Below, one piece after another: positions 1-11,543 of a stretch of DNA of 64,000 nt. The stretch is from Macrostomum hystrix. Taxonomy: Eukaryota > Animalia > Platyhelminthes. The first letter of the stretch is position 1; each line of letters begins with the position of its first letter. A program made the position numbers and the translations under genes. The notes under the pieces are model-generated. The model was given only the letters and a program-made list of their open reading frames with translations. It was not told the DNA's origin and did no database searches. The stretch spans positions 744,001 to 808,000 of the forward strand of contig CATNEN010000001.1 of NCBI GenBank assembly GCA_950097015.1, read 5' to 3'.

Positions 1-79
1 TGTTCCTGACTTTTTGGAGAAAAAAATTCTAACATTTGTTTTCTGGCTTCTATGCATTCTAATTTTCTTATTTCAAATT

Positions 80-3000
80 TCTAGTGACAATCCAGAGCAG
101 ATTCTAGTGATAATCTAGAGCAGAGTCTAGTGACAATCTAGAGCAGATTCTAGTGACAATCTAGAGCAGATTCTAGTGACAATCTAGAGCAGATTCTAGT
201 GACAATCTAGAGCAGATTCTAGTGATAATCTAGAGCACATTCTAGTGACAATCTAGAGCAGATTCTAGTGACAATCCAGAGCAGATTCTAGTGATAATCT
301 AGAGCAGAGTCTAGTGACAATCTAGAGCAGATTCTAGTGACAATCTAGAGCAGATTCTAGTGATAATCTAGAGCAGATTCTAGTGACAATCTAGAGCAGA
401 TTCTAGTGACAATCTAGAGCAGATTCTAGTGACAATCTAGAGCAGATTCTAGTGACAATCTAGAGCAGATTCTAGTGACAATCTAGAGCAGATTCTAGTG
501 ACAATCTAGAGCAGATTCTTGTGACAATCTAGAGCAGATTCTAGTGACAATCTAGAGCAGATTCTAGTGATAATCTAGAGCAGATTCTAGTGACAATCTA
601 GAGCAGATTCTAGTGACAATCTAGAGCAGATTCTAGTGACAATCTAGAGCAGATTCTAGTGATAATCTAGAGCAGATTCTAGTGACAATCTAGAGCAGAT
701 TCTAGTGATAATCTAGAGCAGATTCTAGTGACAATCTAGAGCAGATTCTAGTGACAATCTAGAGCAGATTCTAGTGACAATCTAGAGCAGATTCTAGTGA
801 CAATCTAGAGCAGATTCTAGTGATAATCTAGAGCAGATTCTAGTGACAATCTAGAGCAGATTCTAGTGACAATCTAGAGCAGATTCTAGTGACAATCTAG
901 AGCAGATTCTAGTGACAATCTAGAGCAGATTCTAGTGACAATCTAGAGCAGATTCTAGTGACAATCTAGAGCAGATTCTAGTGACAATCTAGAGCAGATT
1001 CTAGTGACAATCTAGAGCAGATTCTAGTGACAATCTAGAGCAGATTCTAGTGACAATCTAGAGCAGATTCTAGTGATAATCTAGAGCAGATTCTAGTGAC
1101 AATCTAGAGCAGATTCTAGTGACAATCTAGAGCAGATTCTAGTGACAATCTAGAGCAGATTCTAGTGACAATCTAGAGCAGATTCTAGTGACAATCTAGA
1201 GCAGATTCTAGTGACAATCTAGAGCAGATTCTAGTGACAATCTAGAGCAGATTCTAGTGACAATCTAGAGCAGATTCTAGTGACAATCTAGAGCAGATTC
1301 TAGTGACAATCTAGAGCAGATTCTAGTGACAATCTAGAGCAGATTCTAGTGACAATCTAGAGCAGATTCTAGTGATAATCTAGAGCAGATTCTAGTGACA
1401 ATCTAGAGCAGATTCTAGTGACAATCTAGAGCAGATTCTAGTGACAATCTAGAGCAGATTCTAGTGACAATCTAGAGCAGATTCTAGTGACAATCTAGAG
1501 CAGATTCTAGTGACAATCTAGAGCAGATTCTAGTGACAATCTAGAGCAGATTCTAGTGACAATCTAGAGCAGATTCTAGTGATAATCTAGAGCAGATTCT
1601 AGTGACAATCTAGAGCAGATTCTAGTGACAATCTAGAGCAGATTCTAGTGATAATCTAGAGCAGATTCTAGTGACAATCTAGAGCAGATTCTTAGTGACA
1701 ATCTAGAGCAGATTCTAGTGACAATCTAGAGCAGATTCTAGTGACAATCTAGAGCAGATTCTAGTGACAATCTAGAGCAGATTCTAGTGATAATCTAGAG
1801 CAGATTCTAGTGACAATCTAGAGCAGATTCTAGTGACTAATCTAGAGCAGATTCTAGTGATAATCTAGAGCCGATTCTAGTGATAATCTAGAGCAGATTC
1901 TAGTGACAATCTAGAGCCGATTCTAGTGACAATCTAGAGCAGATTCTAGTGACAATCTAGAGCAGATTCTAGTGACAATCTAGAGCAGATTCTAGTGACA
2001 ATCTAGAGCAGATTCTAGTGACAATCTAGAGCAGATTCTAGTGACAATCTAGAGCAGATTCTAGTGACAATCTAGAGCAGATTCTAGTGATAATCTAGAG
2101 CAGATTCTAGTGATAATCTAGAGCAGATTCTAGTGATAATCTAGAGCAGATTCTAGTGACAATCTAGAGCAGATTCTAGTGACAATCTAGAGCAGATTCT
2201 AGTGACAATCTAGAGCAGATTCTAGTGACAATCTAGAGCAGATTCTAGTGATAATCTAGAGCAGATTCTAGTGACAATCTAGAGCCGATTCTAGTGATAA
2301 TCTAGAGCAGATTCTAGTGACAATCTAGAGCAGATTCTAGTGACAATCTAGAGCAGATTCTAGTGACAATCTAGAGCAGATTCTAGTGACAATCTAGAGC
2401 AGATTCTAGTGACAATCTAGAGCAGATTCTAGTGATAATCTAGAGCAGATTCTAGTGACAATCTAGAGCAGATTCTAGTGATAATCTAGAGCAGATTCTA
2501 GTGATAATCTAGAGCAGATTCTAGTGATAATCTAGAGCCGATTCTAGTGATAATCTAGAGCAGATTCTAGTGACAATCTAGAGCAGATTCTAGTGATAAT
2601 CTAGAGCAGATTCTAGTGACAATCTAGAGCAGATTCTAGTGATAATCTAGAGCAGATTCTAGTGACAATCTAGAGCAGATTCTAGTGACAATCTAGAGCA
2701 GATTCTAGTGATAATCTAGAGCAGATTCTAGTGATAATCTAGAGCAGATTCTAGTGATAATCTAGAGCCGATTCTAGTGATAATCTAGAGCAGATTCTAG
2801 TGACAATCTAGAGCAGATTCTAGTGATAATCTAGAGCAGATTCTAGTGACAATCTAGAGCAGATTCTAGTGACAATCTAGAGCAGATTCTAGTGACAATC
2901 TAGAGCAGATTCTAGTGACAATCTAGAGCAGATTCTAGTGACAATCTAGAGCAGATTCTAGTGACAATCTAGAGCAGATTCTTGTGACAATCTAGAGCAG

Positions 3001-3509
3001 AGTCTAGTGACAATCTAGAGCAGATTCTAGTGATAATCTAGAGCAGATTCTAGTGATAATCTAGAGCAGATTCTAGTGACAATCTAGAGCAGATTCTAGT
3101 GATAATCTAGAGCAGATTCTAGTGACAATCTAGAGCAGATTCTTGTGACAATCTAGAGCAGATTCTAGTGACAATCTAGAGCAGATTCTAGTGACAATCT
3201 AGAGCAGATTCTAGTGACAATCTAGAGCAGATTCTAGTGACAATCTAGAGCAGATTCTTGTGACAATCTAGAGCACATTCTAGTGACAATCTAGAGCAGA
3301 TTCTTGTGACAATCTAGAGCACATTCTAGTGACAATCTAGAGCAGATTCTTGTGACAATCTAGAGCAGATTCTTGTGACAATCTAGAGCAGATTCTAGTG
3401 ATAATCTAGAGCAGATTCTAGTGACAATCTAGAGCAGATTCTTGTGACAATCTAGAGCAGATTCTAGTGATAGTCTAGAGCAGATTCTTGTGACAATCTA
3501 GAGCAGATT
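80..3509. repeat. 23-bp minisatellite (TCTAGTGACAATCTAGAGCAGAT)n, ~149 copies
   Basis: Period of 23 read directly; the unit is two related halves, TCTAGTGACAA + TCTAGAGCAGAT; few variants (GATAA, CTTGT, GCCGA). Confidence 0.97.
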
Positions 3510-3927
3510 TGAGTGAACATCTTAATAGATTCCCAGAAACGTCAATTAGATTCCAATGTATAAAAACATTTTTTAAAAATATTTTTTAATCTCTTACAAC
3601 AGCTTTTTTGCACGTAACGATTGGTTTTATAATAATGCTACAGTTTTATCTGCTTGTTCACAATGACTGTTCTGCAAAAGTATGCATACTATTACGAGTA
3701 AAAATGTGAAAAAATCTAAGGAAAACTAATGGATCAAAAAAACTAGAAATAGAAAAACAGTCAGTAAATTAAAATTTATCCATTTACACGCACAGCTAGC
3801 TATAAACTACATTTGTAAAAACCTATTGTTACTACACACATTAATTATGTGCACAGGGGTAGGTGCGGAATTTAGCATGAAAAAAATACATAATAGTAAT
3901 AATATGGAATAGAACTAATAAATAATC

Positions 3928-4675
3928 GGATGCAGCTAGAAGCTGACACTGAAAGAATGGAAGCTGACACTGAAGGAATGGAAGCTGACACACTGAAGGA
4001 ACGGATGCAGCTAGAAGCTGACACTGAAGGAATGGAAGCTGACACACTGAAGGAACGGATGCAGCTAAAAGCTGACACTGAAGGAATGGAAGCTGACACA
4101 CTGAAGGAACGGATGCAGCTAGAAGCTGACACTGAAGAAATGGATTCAGCTAGAAGCTAACACTGAAGGAATGGTAGCTGACACACTGAAGGAACGGATG
4201 CAGCTAGAAGCTGACACTGAAGGAATGGATTCAGCTAGAAGCTAACACTGAAGGAACGGATGCAGCTAGAAGCTGACACTGAAGAAATGGATTCAGCTAG
4301 AAGCTAACACTGAAGGAATGGTAGCTGACACACTGAAGGAACGGATGCAGCTAGAAGCTGACACTGAAGAAATGGATTCAGCTAGAAGCTAACACTGAAG
4401 GAACGGATGCAGCTAGAAGCTGACACTGAAGGAACGGATGCAGCTAGAAGCTGACACACTGAAGAAACGGATGCAGCTAGAAGCTGACACTGAAGGAATG
4501 GATGCAGCTAGAAGCTGACACACTGAAGGAACGGATGCAGCTAGAAGCTGACACTGAAGGAACGGATGCAGCTAGAAGCTGACACTGAAGGAATGGATGC
4601 AGCTAGAAGCTGACACTAAAGGAATAGAAGCTGGCACACTGAAGAAACGGATGCAGATGGAAGCTGACACACTAA
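3928..4675. repeat. ~31-33-bp minisatellite (GGATGCAGCTAGAAGCTGACACTGAAGGAAC) with shorter internal variants
   Basis: Repeated GAAGCTGACACTGAAGGAA cores; lies ~125 bp past the CAT stop codon. Confidence 0.93.
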
Positions 4676-4799
4676 AAGTCTATGTAAAGTGATTGACTTT
4701 AGACACTTCAGTGACATTGACGATCCAGTGAATCAAATTCCCAAAGCACAGGTATATGCTCCGCAGTCAATCTATAAATCGGCAATCTGATAAGAGACG

Positions 4800-7700
4800 T
4801 CACACAGCGTCACTGCGCAGTTTTATGTGGCGAAGCTTCGGCCTAGTCTGCAGCCGGTGCTCAGTGCTGTGCAGCACGCCGTAGGCAAAATAGATGACAA
4901 ATCCCACAAACATCCAGATTAGGAATCGAAGCCAGGTACCATTCGGCAGGGCCATCATCAGGTATAAATTGACAAATATTGACGCGCACGGTAGAAAAGG
5001 CACGCCGGGTACTTTGAAGGCCACCTTCTTGGCACTCTGCGGCTGCAGTCTCAGGCTGACAATGCAGAGCAGACAGATCAGCAGCGACAGGGCCGCCGCA
5101 ATAGCCACGCCCGGGTGGCTGAGCTTATCCGAGACGCGCTCCAAAATGAATGCCAAAGCGGCAGCGCTAGCCATGAACAGGGCTGAGTTGCCCCTAGTAA
5201 CTGACTCGGATAGCTGGCTGGGCGTTTCGTTGGAGCCGTGAAACCTGACTGAGCAGCGAAGATACTCTGCTATGCTGATAATACACGATGCATTGACGTT
5301 TCGCTGCGCCACGTTATGATTGCTTTGCCTGTTGGTCGATTCGTCAACGATGGGTGCGGCCGGTTGGTCATTGTCGTCTTCTACGTCCTCGTGTTCTTTG
5401 TCCTTCGATAGATCGATGCCGTGTCCTTTGATGAATTCGAGTTTGGCGTTCGAGATAGATTAAAGACAGTTGATCGAAGGATAAATGACAGATAATTTTT
5501 TTCATTTACTCGTAATAATAATACTCGTAGTATCATATCACAAACTATGGTTGTAGCCTTCAATGCTTCAGTTCACCCAAATGGGGTACCAGCATCAGCA
5601 CGGGTAACTGAGGGTGGGTGTGGCGTCCTCCCAGTCCACTGAACAGCCGTACGCAGCCTTCAGATGCGCCGCGCAATAGCTGCGGTAGGGGCGGTGAGTG
5701 GTAGAGTGGTCTAACGCGGTTGCCTTTCGCACCAAGGTCCCTGCACGAGCTCGATTCATGTGGCAACGCCACATTCATTTGGGGCGCAGACGCGGAGAGA
5801 AGGCTTGGGGGCTTGTCGTGCAATTTACGCCATTGAGGGCCAGATTGAAAATCTTATATATTGAGACAGCAGATAAATAAATCCTTACCCTTGGAAGGCT
5901 CACCAACGACACTGCTAGTCTGATCTCGACTGCCCCGCAGAATGAGCACAGACAAGGCCACCAGTGTGTAGGCCAGCAGGGTGCCAATGGACATCATGTC
6001 CACCAGCTCTTTGAGCTCGAATAGGCAGGCCATGATGCCGGCCATGCTGCCTGTGATGAATGTGGCAGTCATTGGGGTTGACAGCCGAGGATGCACCCTG
6101 GCCAGGAAGCGGAAAATCACTCCGTCGGCAGCCATGGCATAGACAATACGCGGCAGTGGAATCATGGAGCCGAGCAGACTGGTGGACAATGCGCACACGG
6201 CGCCAACCGCAATCACATAGTTGGCCACTCGCCAGCCGTAGGCGGCGAAAGCTGCTGGCAGCGGCGCCAGAGGGTCCAGTGCGAAGTAGGGCAGCATGAG
6301 GGTCAGCGCTGCGCTCAGACAGAAGTAGACGATGAAACATATTGACAGGCTGACTATGATACTGATTGGAATGGCTCGCTGCGGATTCTTCACCTGCGCG
6401 TAAAATTATTGAAATTGAATCTTAATGCTCAATTGAACGATGTCTTCTGTAGCTGCCATAGACTATCGTTCACTACCCTCCTCTCCGGTGGTGGCGATGG
6501 CTCCCTACCATAGACTATGGTTCACTAACCTCCTCTCCGGTGGTGGCGATGGCTCCCTACCATAGACTATGGTTCACTAACCTCCTCTCCGGTGGTGGCG
6601 ATGGCTCCCTACCATAGACTATGGTTCACTAACCTCCTCTCCGGTGGTGGCGATGGCTCCCTACCATAGACTATGGTTCACTAACCTCCTCTCCGGTGGT
6701 GGCGATGGCTCCCTACCATAGACTATGGTTCACTAACCTCCTCTCCGGTAGTGGCGATGGCTCCCTACCATAGACTATGGTTCACTAACCTCCTCTCCGG
6801 TGGTAGTGAGGGCTCCCTACCATAGACTATGGTTCACTAACCTCCTCTCCGGTGGTGGCGATGGCTCCCTACCATAGACTATGGTTCACTACCCTCCTCT
6901 CCGGTGGTGGCGATGGCTCCCTACCATAGACTATGGTTCACTAACCTCCTCTCCGGTGGTAGTGAGGGCTCCCTACCATAGACTATGGTTCACTAACCTC
7001 CTCTCCGGTGGTAGTGAGGGCTCCCTACCATAGACTATGGTTCACTAACCTCCTCTCCGGTGGTAGTGAGGGCTCCCTACCATAGACTATGGTTCACTAA
7101 CCTCCTCTCCGGTGGTGGCGATAGCGTCAAACCCTATGAACGCGTAAAAACACGTGCCGGCGCCGCTGATGACGCTTTTGAAGCCGAACGGTAGAAATCC
7201 GCCATCTCCGACAACATTAGCAGCGAATGTGCGATTGGCGAATTCGATGGTGCCATTGTCGCCCGGTCGCATTTGCCAGTTACCAATGTCAGCTAGCCAC
7301 ATTCCGGATACGAAAACAATTGATAGGACAATTAGATTCACCTTGAGGAGGAAGGGTGTGAAAGTAAATGCCGTTTCTAAATCACGTGATGGAAGGTACA
7401 CTGTTTCCTTGAGTTTAATAGGCGGAACGGTAAATCATCCGACTCTCGCGACGAGCGTACCTGAGCTCGAATCCGCCAACTAATTTTGATTTTTTTGAGA
7501 CTCGTCTTGCAATTTAAGTGCACTAAGGCCACCCCACCATAGACTATGGCACATTATGAGTGAGCTCTGCCTGATGAGAAACTAAGTCAGGGCAGATAGA
7601 TGTATAGGTGCGAAAATGCTTCGCAGACGACAAAAGTATGCAAACAGCGCATTGAATTACCAGAGTGAAGATTTTGTTGATCCAAGCCGACTCCTTGACG

Positions 7701-8266
7701 CCTAGCGAGATGACCACAGTCAACAGCAGGACGATGCCCAACGCGAAGAAGTCGGGATATTCAGCAATGCCGGGCAGATACATGGGCATGCTGGCCCTGA
7801 ATGCGCCGATCACTTTGCCGCCAACGAGACTGTCGAAGTTCTGCGACCAGGCGCGGGCCACGCTGGCTGTGCCAATCACGTATTCAAGGATGAGATTCCA
7901 GCCAATGACGAAGGCCATGAACTCGCCAACTGACACGTAGCTGTACACATAGGCCGAGCCGGATTTGGGCACCCTGGCGCCAAATTCAGCGTAGCAGAGG
8001 CCGGCCAGGACTGAGGCCGCTGCGGCTATGAGGAAGGACACAACCACAGCCGGTCCGGTGGTCTTCTGAGCCACTTCGCCGGCGATCACGTAGACACCGG
8101 CGCCCAGAGTGGAACCGACTCCGAGGGCGATGAGATCGATGGTGCCGAGACAGCGGGAGAGCTTCGTGTCCTCGATGTGCGCTTCGTCTAGGGTCTTCTT
8201 GCGAGTCAGGATGCTCAGAATCACTTTAAAACGGTCGCTATGTTGACTGCGACTGTACGGTGCCAT
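4800..8266 (-). CDS. SLC7A1-3 (CAT): Cationic amino acid transporter (APC superfamily, SLC7A CAT subfamily), 4 exons, 658 aa
   Basis: Exons 8266-7661, 7341-7102, 6393-5889, 5425-4800 (1977 nt; intron phases 0,0,1; all GT-AG). CAT motifs: [66 protein letters not shown]-terminal [10 protein letters not shown]...YFAYG. The paralog cannot be assigned. Confidence 0.93.
5561..5684 (+). mobile_element. SINE family A, 3' fragment (CAT intron 3)
   Basis: Matches the core and tail of the full copy at 17675-17896 (TGCTTCAGTTCACCC...GGTACCAGCATCAGC...GAACAGCCGTACGCAGCCTTCAG). Confidence 0.8.
5688..5841 (+). mobile_element. SINE family B, 5' part (CAT intron 3)
   Basis: tRNA-like head (A-box-like TGGTAGAGTGG, B-box-like GCTCGATTC) and body GCCACATT...GGGGCGCAG...GGCTTGTCGTGCAATTTACGCC, shared with copies at 21360, 26137 and 56384-56640. 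Confidence 0.75.
6456..7122. repeat. 52-bp tandem repeat, ~13 units, copying the CAT exon-2 3' end and its splice donor
   Basis: Unit CATAGACTATGGTTCACTAACCTCCTCTCCGGTGGTGGCGATGGCTCCCTAC (period 52, e.g. 6561 to 6613); the last unit overlaps the real exon end at 7102. Confidence 0.96.
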
Positions 8267-8974
8267 AGCTGCTTTTGCTGACTTGGTTATTTCTGCTTTT
8301 AGGTGACTTCTGATCAATTGTATATGGCTCTATAAGCAGCTCTCATTTTTATGAGTTAAATGAGTACAAAAGTACACGTCTTGAGGACCAGTGATGAAAA
8401 CTGCGCGAAGCTGGTTTGGCTTCACACGAGAGAAGCTCTAAGAATCGGAGTTTTTATAACTACGAGCTACCAACTCAACCTAACGACTCAATTGAGCACA
8501 TTGCTTCCATTCACACAGCTAAGAAAACTCGCCCAAAAACCATTTTCATATTATATGAAGCAGTCTCAGACTGGAAAATGAGCAGCATTCATTAAATTTG
8601 CGCTGATATGGCACAAGCAGTATTCACTGGCCCTTATAATATTGTGCATGTGAATCTAGTAGGTAGGAACAATGCAAGATGAAAAAATGTAATGAAAATA
8701 TCTGCTTTAAAACGTTAAAGGCACAAAGTTTTCCTATGCACCTATTTGAAAACCTAGCTCACGTTTTGCTATTCTCATGTTTTCAAAGTCTCTCCATCAT
8801 AAATACTGCTTTGTCAATGGTCGTTAACAAATAAAGGTAGAAAAATACAGAAAATATTGCTTATAACTCACAGTTTTGGAGTAACAACTGTTGCACACCG
8901 CCTACAATGCGCTTGAAGTGTTTTTTAAGGCTCGTAATTCTCATTAGGCTGCTTTGTACTGTCCAATTCGATCT

Positions 8975-10648
8975 GAACTGTCTAACAGGATTGATTGGAA
9001 CTGTCTAACAGGATTGATTGGAACTGTCTAACAGGATTGATAGGAACTGTCTAACAGAATTGATTGGAACTGTCTAACAGGATTGATTGGAACTGTCTAA
9101 CAGGATTGATTTGAACTGTCTAACAGGATTGATTGGAACTGTCTAATAGGATTGATTGGAACTGACTAACAGGATTTATTGAAACTGTCTAACAGGATTG
9201 ATTGGAACTGTCTAACAGGATTGATTGGAACTGACTAACAGGATTGATTGGAACTGTCTAACAGGATTGATTGGAACTGTCTAACAGGATTGATTGGAAC
9301 TGTCTAACAGGATTGATTGGAACTGTCTAACAGGATTGATTGGAACTGTCTAACAGGATTGATTGGAACTGACTAACAGGATTGATTGGAACTGTCTAAC
9401 AGGATTGATTGAAACTGACTAACAGGATTGATTGGAACTGTCTAACAGGATTGATTGGAACTGTCTAACAGGATTGATTGGAACTGTCTAACAGGATTGA
9501 TTGGAACTGTCTAACAGGATTGATTGGAACTGTCTAACAGGATTGATTGGAACTGTCTAACAGGATTGATTGGAACTGACTAACAGGATTGATTTGAACT
9601 GTCTAACAGGATTGATTGGAACTGACTAACAGGATTGATTGGAACTGTCTAACAGGATTGATTGGAACTGTCTAACAGGATTGATTTGAGCTGTCTAACA
9701 GGATTGATTGGAACTGTCTAACAGGATTGATTTGAGCTGTCTAACAGGATTGATTGGAACTGTTTAACAGGATTGATTGGAACTGTCTAACAGGATTGAT
9801 TGGAACTGTCTAACAGGATTGATTGGAACTGTCTAACAGGATTGATTTGAGCTGTCTAACAGGATTGATCTGAACTGTTTAACAGGATTGATTGGAACTG
9901 TCTAACAGGATTGATTGGAACTGTCTAACAGGATTGATTGGAACTGTCTAACAGGATTGATTGGAACTGTCTAACAGGATTGATTGGAACTGTCTAACAG
10001 GATTGATTGGAACTGTCTAACAGGATTGATTGGAACTGTCTAACAGGATTGATTGGAACTGTCTAACAGGATTGATTGGAACTGTCTAACAGGATTGATT
10101 GGAACTGTCTAACAGGATTGATTGGAACTGTCTAACAGGTTCGATTTGAACTGTCTAACAGGTTCGATTTGAACTGTCTAACAGGATTGATTGGAACTGA
10201 CTAACAGGATTGATTGGAACTGTCTAACAGGATTGATTGGAACTGTCTAACAGGATTGATTTGAGCTGTCTAACAGGATTGATCTGAACTGTCTAACAGG
10301 TTCGATTTGAACTGTCTAACAGGATTTATTTGAACTGTCTAACAGGATTGATTGAAACTGTCTAACAGGATTGATTGGAACTGTCTAACAGGATTGATTG
10401 GAACTGACTAACAGGATTGATTGAAACTGTCTAACAGGATTTATTTGAACTGTCTAACAGGATTTATTTGAACTGTCTAACAGGATTGATTGAAACTGTC
10501 TAACAGGATTGATTGGAACTGTCTAACAGGATTGATTGGAACTGACTAACAGGATTGATTGAAACTGTCTAACAGGATTTATTTGAACTGTCTAACAGGA
10601 TTGAACTGAACTGTCTAACAGGTTCGATTTGAGCTGTCTAACAGGATT
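8975..10648. repeat. 23-bp minisatellite (GAACTGTCTAACAGGATTGATTG)n, ~73 copies
   Basis: Period of 23 read directly; lies between the CAT start codon and the ATF7IP-like stop codon. Confidence 0.97.
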
Positions 10649-11102
10649 AATATTTTATATTTTATCTAAGCAGGATATATCTTGAAATTAAACTGATATT
10701 AACTTGAACTTATATTAAAAGTCTTTTAAGTTTAACTTTGATTTTTTAATCAAAGAATGAACAATGACAAATTAGAAATTAATTGATTACATGTTGCAAA
10801 TAACATTAAAATTAGTTTCTTTTGCATAGCAGAGATTGCAATTATATTGTTATTGTTAGCATGCAGTGTCACGTGTACCTATGTACAGCCAAGCATTGAT
10901 CAGATTTTATTAAATAAATAAACAGCAACTGAAATTTAAGAATGCCAATAAATGCTTGCGCATAGAAACAAAAATGTTGTACAGAGTCGCAAGTAAGTAC
11001 TCGTAATTTACGATTTAAACTGGTGCCCAAAATAGTTTAATGAAAAGCGACAATATAACTAATATAAACATGCTTAAAAACATTATCAATCTAACAGTTA
11101 TC

Positions 11103-11474
11103 AATGGCCTATTAAACACTGGGAAATGAGGGATAATGACCTATTAAACACTGGGAAATGAGGGACAATGGCCTATTAAACACGCTGGGAAATGAGGGAT
11201 AATGACCTATTAAACACTGGGAAATGAGGGACAATGGCCTATTAAACACACTGGGAAATGAGAGACAATGGCCTATTAAACACGCTGGGAAATGAGGGAC
11301 AATGGCCTATTAAACACACTGGGAAATGAGGGACAATGGCCTATTAAACACACTGGGAAATGAGGGACAATGGCCTATTAAACACGCTGGGAAATGAGGG
11401 ATAATGGCCTATTAAACACTGGGAAATGAGGGATAATGGCCTATTAAACACTGGGAAATGAGGCATAATGGCCT
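11103..11474. repeat. ~32-34-bp minisatellite (AATGGCCTATTAAACACTGGGAAATGAGGGAT), ~11 copies
   Basis: Direct inspection; ~70 bp downstream of the ATF7IP-like stop codon. Confidence 0.93.
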
Positions 11475-11543
11475 AAGCCAATTGCTTACCCTAAAGAGAT
11501 GTGCAATATATACAAGAAATAAGTATAAGCAGCAAAGTCAGTT

